Source: Abditibacteriaceae bacterium (GTDB lineage: Bacteria; Armatimonadota; Abditibacteriia; Abditibacteriales; Abditibacteriaceae). From it: a stretch of DNA of 64,000 nucleotides. Shown here piece after piece: positions 59,244 to 64,000 of this stretch. A program made the position numbers and the translations under genes. Every line of letters begins with the position of its first letter. The stretch's first letter is position 1. The notes under the pieces are model-generated. The model saw only the letters and a program-made list of their open reading frames with translations, had not been told where the DNA came from and did no database searches. The stretch is taken from assembly GCA_965277285.1 (NCBI GenBank), contig OZ255721.1, positions 384,001 to 448,000 on the forward strand, written 5' to 3'.

Positions 59244-60062
59244 ATGATCACCATTTTCGGCGTTCTGCTGACGATTTATTGTCTCGCGTTTTTGCTGCTG
59301 GCGACTTCGCAGCGCACCTTCATGTATCACCCGACGCGCGGCACAGAGCAGCATTATCTGGAAAAAGCGAAATCGCAAAACGTGCAGCCGTGGCGTGATG
59401 AGCAGAACAACCTCATCGGCTGGCAGCGAACTTCGCCTTCGCCCGCCTCAAATCGTCTTTTGATTTTTCATGGCAATGGCGGCGATGCCTTGATGCGGAC
59501 GTATTTTATGGATGGTTTCGGCGCGCTGGATAGCGGAAAATTGTGGGAGTTTTACGCGTTCGAATATCCAGGTTACGGCTGGCGCGGCGAACATCCCAAT
59601 CAAAAAGACATCGTAGCCGCGGCGGATGTGGCGCTGGAAACGTTGTGGAAGCACGATCATCGCCCGATTTATCTCGCGGGCGAATCGTTGGGAACTGGCG
59701 TTGCGTGTTTGCTGGCTGCCAAACATCCCGAACAGGTGAAAGGCTTGTTTTTGGCGACGCCTTATACGAGCACGCTCGATGTCGCGCAAGGTCGCTTTCC
59801 GATGTTTCCCGTGCGCCTGGCGATGCAAGACCGTTACGAAGCGGCGAACGCTTTGAAGAGTTACAACGGGCCAGCTGTGGTTGTTCTGGCGGGGCGCGAT
59901 GTGATTGTGCCGACGCATTATGGACAGGCGCTTTTCGACGGTTATCGTGGGCCGAAGAAACTGCTGATTCAGCCGGACGCGGGACACAACACATTGGATT
60001 ACAATCCGCGCGCCGTGTGGTGGAAAGATGTTTCCGATTTTCTCTTGAAAAAGAAACGTTAA
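59244..60062 (+). CDS. Alpha/beta hydrolase with N-terminal TM anchor
   Basis: FHGNG, EYPGYG, GESLG, D..., AGHN. Confidence 0.88.
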   Translation: MITIFGVLLTIYCLAFLLLATSQRTFMYHPTRGTEQHYLEKAKSQNVQPWRDEQNNLIGWQRTSPSPASNRLLIFHGNGGDALMRTYFMDGFGALDSGKLWEFYAFEYPGYGWRGEHPNQKDIVAAADVALETLWKHDHRPIYLAGESLGTGVACLLAAKHPEQVKGLFLATPYTSTLDVAQGRFPMFPVRLAMQDRYEAANALKSYNGPAVVVLAGRDVIVPTHYGQALFDGYRGPKKLLIQPDAGHNTLDYNPRAVWWKDVSDFLLKKKR

Positions 60063-60128
60063 GGGACTTTTCTCGCCGATTCCACGCGATATAATGACCT
60101 GGAGAACAACTTTCAGGAGACGATTTCG

Positions 60129-60779
60129 ATGAAAAAGGCTTTGATTGTGGCTGGCGGCTGGCCTGGCCACGAGCCGGAAAAATGCGCCGCCCTGTTCGCC
60201 GATTTATTGAGCGAAAAAGGTTACGAAGTCGAGATTTCAAACACGCTGGACATTTATCTTGATGCAGAAAAATTGAAGTCGCTCGATCTCATCGTGCCGA
60301 TTTGGACGATGGGGCACATTTCCGAAGATCAAGAAAAAGGCTTGCTCGAAGCCGTCAAAAGCGGCGTTGGCCTGGCGGGTTTTCACGGCGGCATGGGCGA
60401 CAGCTTTCGCGGCAAAACCAACTACGAATGGGTCGTCGGCGGCCATTTCGTGTCGCATCCGGGCGACATCAAAGATTATACGGTCAACCTTGTCGTGCAA
60501 GACGACCCGATTGTGCAAGGTTTGAACGATTTCAAAATGCACTCGGAGCAGTATTATATGCTGACCGATCCGGGCAATCGCGTTCTCGCAACGACGGTTT
60601 TTGACGGCGAAGGTTATGGAATGACGTGGCTCAAAGGCGTCGTGATGCCGGTTGTGTGGACGCGCCAATGGTTTCAAGGCCGCGTTTTCTATTCCAGTTT
60701 GGGACATGTGGCGGCGGATTTTGATGTCCCCGAAGCGCGCGAACTCGCTTTGCGCGGAATGTTGTGGGCGAGCAAATAA
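60129..60779 (+). CDS. ThuA (trehalose utilisation) domain protein
   Basis: GGWPGHEP, GFHGG, SEQYY, GRVFYSSLGH. Confidence 0.9.
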   Translation: MKKALIVAGGWPGHEPEKCAALFADLLSEKGYEVEISNTLDIYLDAEKLKSLDLIVPIWTMGHISEDQEKGLLEAVKSGVGLAGFHGGMGDSFRGKTNYEWVVGGHFVSHPGDIKDYTVNLVVQDDPIVQGLNDFKMHSEQYYMLTDPGNRVLATTVFDGEGYGMTWLKGVVMPVVWTRQWFQGRVFYSSLGHVAADFDVPEARELALRGMLWASK

Positions 60780-60783
60780 AAAG

Positions 60784-60911
60784 AAATGATGAATGATGAA
60801 TACGGAGTGATGAATGCGCTTCAAACATCGCATCAAGCGAATCGAGTACTCGAAGTGCGAGTCCCATTCATCATTCCGTATTCATCATTCCGTATTCATC
60901 ATTCATCATTT
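60784..60911. repeat. Inverted array of heptamer-like (ATGATGA/TCATCAT) repeats enclosing a 12-bp palindrome
   Basis: AAATGATGAATGATGAATACGGAGTGATGAATG ... CATTCATCATTCCGTATTCATCATTCCGTATTCATCATTCATCATTT. Confidence 0.8.
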
Positions 60912-60926
60912 AATTCAAAGGAAATT

Positions 60927-62030
60927 ATGAGCGAAGTAACCAAAGTCGGTGTGATTGGGTGCGGCAACATCTTTGGCGCGTATGCCAAAGCGAGCCAGAC
61001 CTTTCCGCAGTTTGAGATTGTGGCCGTGGCCGATATGAACCTTGAGCGCGCCAAAGAAAAAGCCATCGAGTACTCGATTCCCAAAGGTTGCAGCGTCGAA
61101 GAACTCTTGAAAGACGAGGAAATTGAACTTGTCATCAACCTGACGATTCCCGCAGCGCACGGGCCGGTTGGCCTGCAGTGCGTGGAAGCGGGCAAGCATT
61201 TCTATACGGAAAAGCCGCTGTCCGTGACGCGCGAAGAAGCGCGCGCTTTGCTGCAAAAAGCGCAGGAAAAAGGCTTGCGCGTCGGCAGCGCGCCGGATAC
61301 GTTTTTCGGCGGCGGTTTGCAAACCTGTCGCAAACTGATTGACGACGGCTGGATCGGCGAACCAGTTGGCGCCTTTGCCGCGATGAACTCGAACGGCCCG
61401 GAATCGTGGCATCCCGATCCCGAGTTTTTCTACAAGAAAGGCGGCGGCCCGATGTTCGACATGGGGCCGTATTACCTGACCGCTTTGACGATGTTGCTCG
61501 GCCCGTCGCGTCGCGTTTCGGGTACGACGCGCGTCACCCGCGAGCAGCGCATGATTACATCCCCGTCGAAATATGGCCAGATGATGAACGTGGAAATCCC
61601 AACTTACGTGACCGGCTTGCTCGAGTTCGCGTCCGGCCCGGTGGGAACCATTCAAACCACCTTCGATGTGGGTCGCACGAACTTGCCGATCATCGAAATC
61701 TACGGCACACAAGGCACTTTGAGCTGCCCTGATCCGAACACTTTTGGCGGAACTGTGAAAGTTGCGCGCTCTGGCCAGGATTTCGCCGAAGTGCCGCTCG
61801 CTTTTGGCTACACCGACAATTTTCGCGGCATCGGCGTCGCCGATATGTGCAACGCCATTCGCTCGGGACGCCCGCATCGCGCCAGCGGTGACCTCGCGTT
61901 CCACGTTCTGGACTTGATGCACTCGATCCACGACGCCAGCGAACAAGGCCGCCACATCGAGATGAGCAGTTCGTGCCTGCGTCCTGCACCACTTCCGATG
62001 GGCTTACGCAGCGGCGAACTCGACACGTAA
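60927..62030 (+). CDS. Gfo/Idh/MocA family oxidoreductase
   Basis: [27 protein letters not shown] before 60927. Confidence 0.92.
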   Translation: MSEVTKVGVIGCGNIFGAYAKASQTFPQFEIVAVADMNLERAKEKAIEYSIPKGCSVEELLKDEEIELVINLTIPAAHGPVGLQCVEAGKHFYTEKPLSVTREEARALLQKAQEKGLRVGSAPDTFFGGGLQTCRKLIDDGWIGEPVGAFAAMNSNGPESWHPDPEFFYKKGGGPMFDMGPYYLTALTMLLGPSRRVSGTTRVTREQRMITSPSKYGQMMNVEIPTYVTGLLEFASGPVGTIQTTFDVGRTNLPIIEIYGTQGTLSCPDPNTFGGTVKVARSGQDFAEVPLAFGYTDNFRGIGVADMCNAIRSGRPHRASGDLAFHVLDLMHSIHDASEQGRHIEMSSSCLRPAPLPMGLRSGELDT

Positions 62031-62043
62031 TGTAAGTTGAAAT

Positions 62044-62080
62044 AAAGCCGCGCTGCATCCAAGTTTGCAGTGCGGCTTTT
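62044..62080 (+). terminator. Rho-independent terminator
   Basis: AAAGCCGCGCTGCA...TGCAGTGCGGCTTTT. Confidence 0.7.
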
Positions 62081-62241
62081 GCGTAGTATCGAGTACTCGA
62101 TATTGTGTTGTGCGAAAGGGATTTTTGTCTGACAGATAGTAATTCCAGCGTGTCTAATTACAGGAGCACAGAACGTATGATGTTGAGAAATCTGCTGCTA
62201 TTGCAGAACGTTATATCTTTGGGTGCTCCAGCAGAAAATTT

Positions 62242-63126
62242 TTGACTGCTCCACGCCTTTTATGGAGCGAGTTTTGGCGCTACGATGCGGAACCAACTTC
62301 GATACTTCGTTATCAGCCAAGTGAAGCAGAAGTTTTTTCCTGGTTACTTGAACGCCAGCGGCAACTTGCAACAGGCGACCGATGTTCTTTGTGTTTGGCC
62401 GCCGATACGGACTGGAATGATGTTCGCATCGCAATGCAAGAAGCCTGGCTGCCAGAGATTTTCAAAGTTCTCAAACAAGCCCGAGCGGAAGATGTTCTGG
62501 TTATTTCGTCCGATGGACAGCGCCTGCTTTGTCTCGTTGCAACAGAAGGTGGAGTGCTTGCCTTTAACGAATCGATTTCCCAGGTTGTGAAACGCATTGA
62601 GCAAAAGAAAAAAGTGGCAAACATTTGTTCCGCCCCGTTTCCTGATAACGCCAGTGACAAACTGCAATTGATAAGTTTTTGTGGCCACAATCGCAAGGTC
62701 AAGGACTATTTGAATCCACCGGCGAAATTATGGGATTACTCGCAACATTCAAAACTCCACGTTCTTTCTTCAAAGGATGTATTTGCGCCGGAACAAGAGA
62801 TGGATCAATGGTTGAATTTTGTTTATCAACAATTTGAAGCAGTCAAGGCGCAGGCGGAACCGCAATGGGTTCTATCGAAACATGCCGCCATTGATGATTC
62901 GTTCCTGCTCGCCTTTTATGCTTTTGGAACGCTCCCCTGGGCTGATGTTATTGTGCCCAAGGGCGCGCGAGAACGCCAACGTTGGCTACCTCTTTTGTGG
63001 CGTTCTTCTCATCCTCGCGGCTTGGCCTTCCTAACCAGAATGGAATCAAAAGTGTTGCGAATACGACAAAATGATAAACGCTATGAAGCGCATATTCTGG
63101 ATATAGAAGCTGATTTTTCATCATAA
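62242..63126 (+). CDS. Hypothetical protein (lower GC)
   Basis: 294-aa ORF filling the gap; start uncertain. Confidence 0.55.
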   Translation: MTAPRLLWSEFWRYDAEPTSILRYQPSEAEVFSWLLERQRQLATGDRCSLCLAADTDWNDVRIAMQEAWLPEIFKVLKQARAEDVLVISSDGQRLLCLVATEGGVLAFNESISQVVKRIEQKKKVANICSAPFPDNASDKLQLISFCGHNRKVKDYLNPPAKLWDYSQHSKLHVLSSKDVFAPEQEMDQWLNFVYQQFEAVKAQAEPQWVLSKHAAIDDSFLLAFYAFGTLPWADVIVPKGARERQRWLPLLWRSSHPRGLAFLTRMESKVLRIRQNDKRYEAHILDIEADFSS

Positions 63127-63129
63127 CTC

Positions 63130-63573
63130 ATGCCGCGTTCTCGCTTTCAACCACCGCAAACTATGCCCGATGACCCTATCGAGTACTCGAAGTTCTGGCA
63201 ATTGTGGCGCGGGGAAAAGTTTTTCGAGTGTCATGAAGAATTGGAAGAGTTGTGGCGCCGCACGAAAACTCCTGAACGCTGGTTTTATAACGGTTTAATT
63301 CATAGCGCAGTGGCGATTTATCAGCATCGGCGCGGCAATGTCTATGGCGCGTGTCGGCAAATGTGTCGCGCGCAAGTTAAACTGCAGCTGTTCGCGCCGC
63401 GTTTTCGTGGCGTGGATATTTTTGCGCTGCTCGAAAGCCTTCAAATCGAACTCGCTTCGTCGCTATCGCAAATGACAGCGGCGCAACGCGAGGAGCTTTT
63501 CGTGGTGCGCGACACAATTCAAAAACGCATGGCGCGCGATTTCCCAATTCCCGACGACGCGCCTGAAGATTAG
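63130..63573 (+). CDS. DUF309 family protein
   Basis: FFECHEELEELW, GLIHSAVAIYQHRRGN. Confidence 0.88.
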   Translation: MPRSRFQPPQTMPDDPIEYSKFWQLWRGEKFFECHEELEELWRRTKTPERWFYNGLIHSAVAIYQHRRGNVYGACRQMCRAQVKLQLFAPRFRGVDIFALLESLQIELASSLSQMTAAQREELFVVRDTIQKRMARDFPIPDDAPED

Positions 63574-63585
63574 GAGAATCCTGTA

Positions 63586-64000
63586 ATGGCCGTTGAAGAA
63601 TCGAGTACTCAATTAGACGGACAGACTACCAAAGTCGCGCCTGCTGCAACCGCGAACGCCGCAAGTGCGCCTGCCGCGATTGACCGCGAAGCCGTGCGTC
63701 GCGCCAAGAACAAGTTGACCGACGATGGTCGACTGGCGACGATGGCCGAACTGGGCGACGAGCGCGCCAATCTGACGCGCAACGAGCGCATTAAAATCGA
63801 AAAACCGGCGCCTCTGGTGTGGAACGACATCGTGGATCGTTATTCAAAAGAAGGTTTCGCGGCGATTGAAGAAGACGATTTCGAGCGTTTCAAATGGATC
63901 GGCTGGTATCAGCAGCGCCCGAAAGACGGCTACTTCATGATGCGCCTGAAAATTACCGGCGGTCAGGTTTCGCAGGGGCAGTTGCGCGTTATCTCCGACA
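63586..64000 (+). CDS. Ferredoxin-dependent nitrite/sulfite reductase (5' part, runs off window)
   Basis: Manual translation: NERIKIEK...RFKWIGWYQQRPKDGYFMMRLKITGGQV; AGGAG RBS. Confidence 0.88.
   Translation, partial: MAVEESSTQLDGQTTKVAPAATANAASAPAAIDREAVRRAKNKLTDDGRLATMAELGDERANLTRNERIKIEKPAPLVWNDIVDRYSKEGFAAIEEDDFERFKWIGWYQQRPKDGYFMMRLKITGGQVSQGQLRVISD

Larger units (their letters stand above)
576..63190. repeat. Highly iterated 12-bp palindrome TCGAGTACTCGA, dispersed (about 54 perfect copies)
   Basis: Perfect copies start at 576, 1779, 2890, 4476, 5305, 5960, 7607, 8063, 9472, 11556, 12518, 13828, 14684, 16304, 17982, 18118, 20003, 20994, 21417, 24774, 25098, 25460, 26671, 27554, 29046, 30138, 30709, 31671, 33120, 34226, 35573, 36732, 38179, 39295, 39929, 40525, 42195, 42952, 46893, 47441, 48194, 50433, 51462, 52128, 52723, 53009, 55840, 56444, 58295, 59223, 60842, 61066, 62089, 63179 (hand count). 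Confidence 0.97.

Noticed and set aside
576..63190. CRISPR array or integron attC interpretation of the recurring palindrome and hairpins
   Set aside because: Repeats are 12 bp, irregularly spaced and often inside genes; there are no constant-length spacers, cas genes, integrase or GTTRRRY/RYYYAAC attC ends.
576..63190. Cloning linker or adapter artefact explanation for TCGAGTACTCGA
   Set aside because: Copies keep reading frames and conserved protein motifs intact, occur as natural one-off variants and form terminator stems. An artefact is unlikely, although read-level confirmation is still needed.

Overview
Bacterial chromosomal window of moderately high GC. The gene repertoire suggests a Terrabacteria-type soil bacterium, possibly Armatimonadota/Abditibacteriota, but that is a weak inference. 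It is mostly core genome: sucC, lon, clpX-clpP-tig, tRNA-Gly and tRNA-Leu, miaB, htrA, an RNB nuclease, 6S RNA with rarA, an rsbV-rsbW-sigB-like module, a yybP-ykoY riboswitch with htpX, bioB, a DUF1552/DUF1592 pair, ABC-F, msrB, a dispersed his cluster, argC and a truncated nitrite/sulfite reductase. The dominant unexplained signal is the 12-bp perfect palindrome TCGAGTACTCGA. By hand count it occurs about 54 times perfectly (about 1 per 1.2 kb), plus about 18 single-mismatch copies. About half the perfect copies lie inside genes in all three reading frames (peptides SSTR, RVL[D/E], EYS), and half lie in intergenic spacers, terminators, start-codon regions and a riboswitch. This resembles the cyanobacterial HIP1 phenomenon with a different, longer motif. 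At least five families of REP-like inverted repeats also occur, some nested and physically linked to the palindrome. No CRISPR array, intact transposase, methyltransferase or recombinase was found. All counts and coordinates were read by eye.
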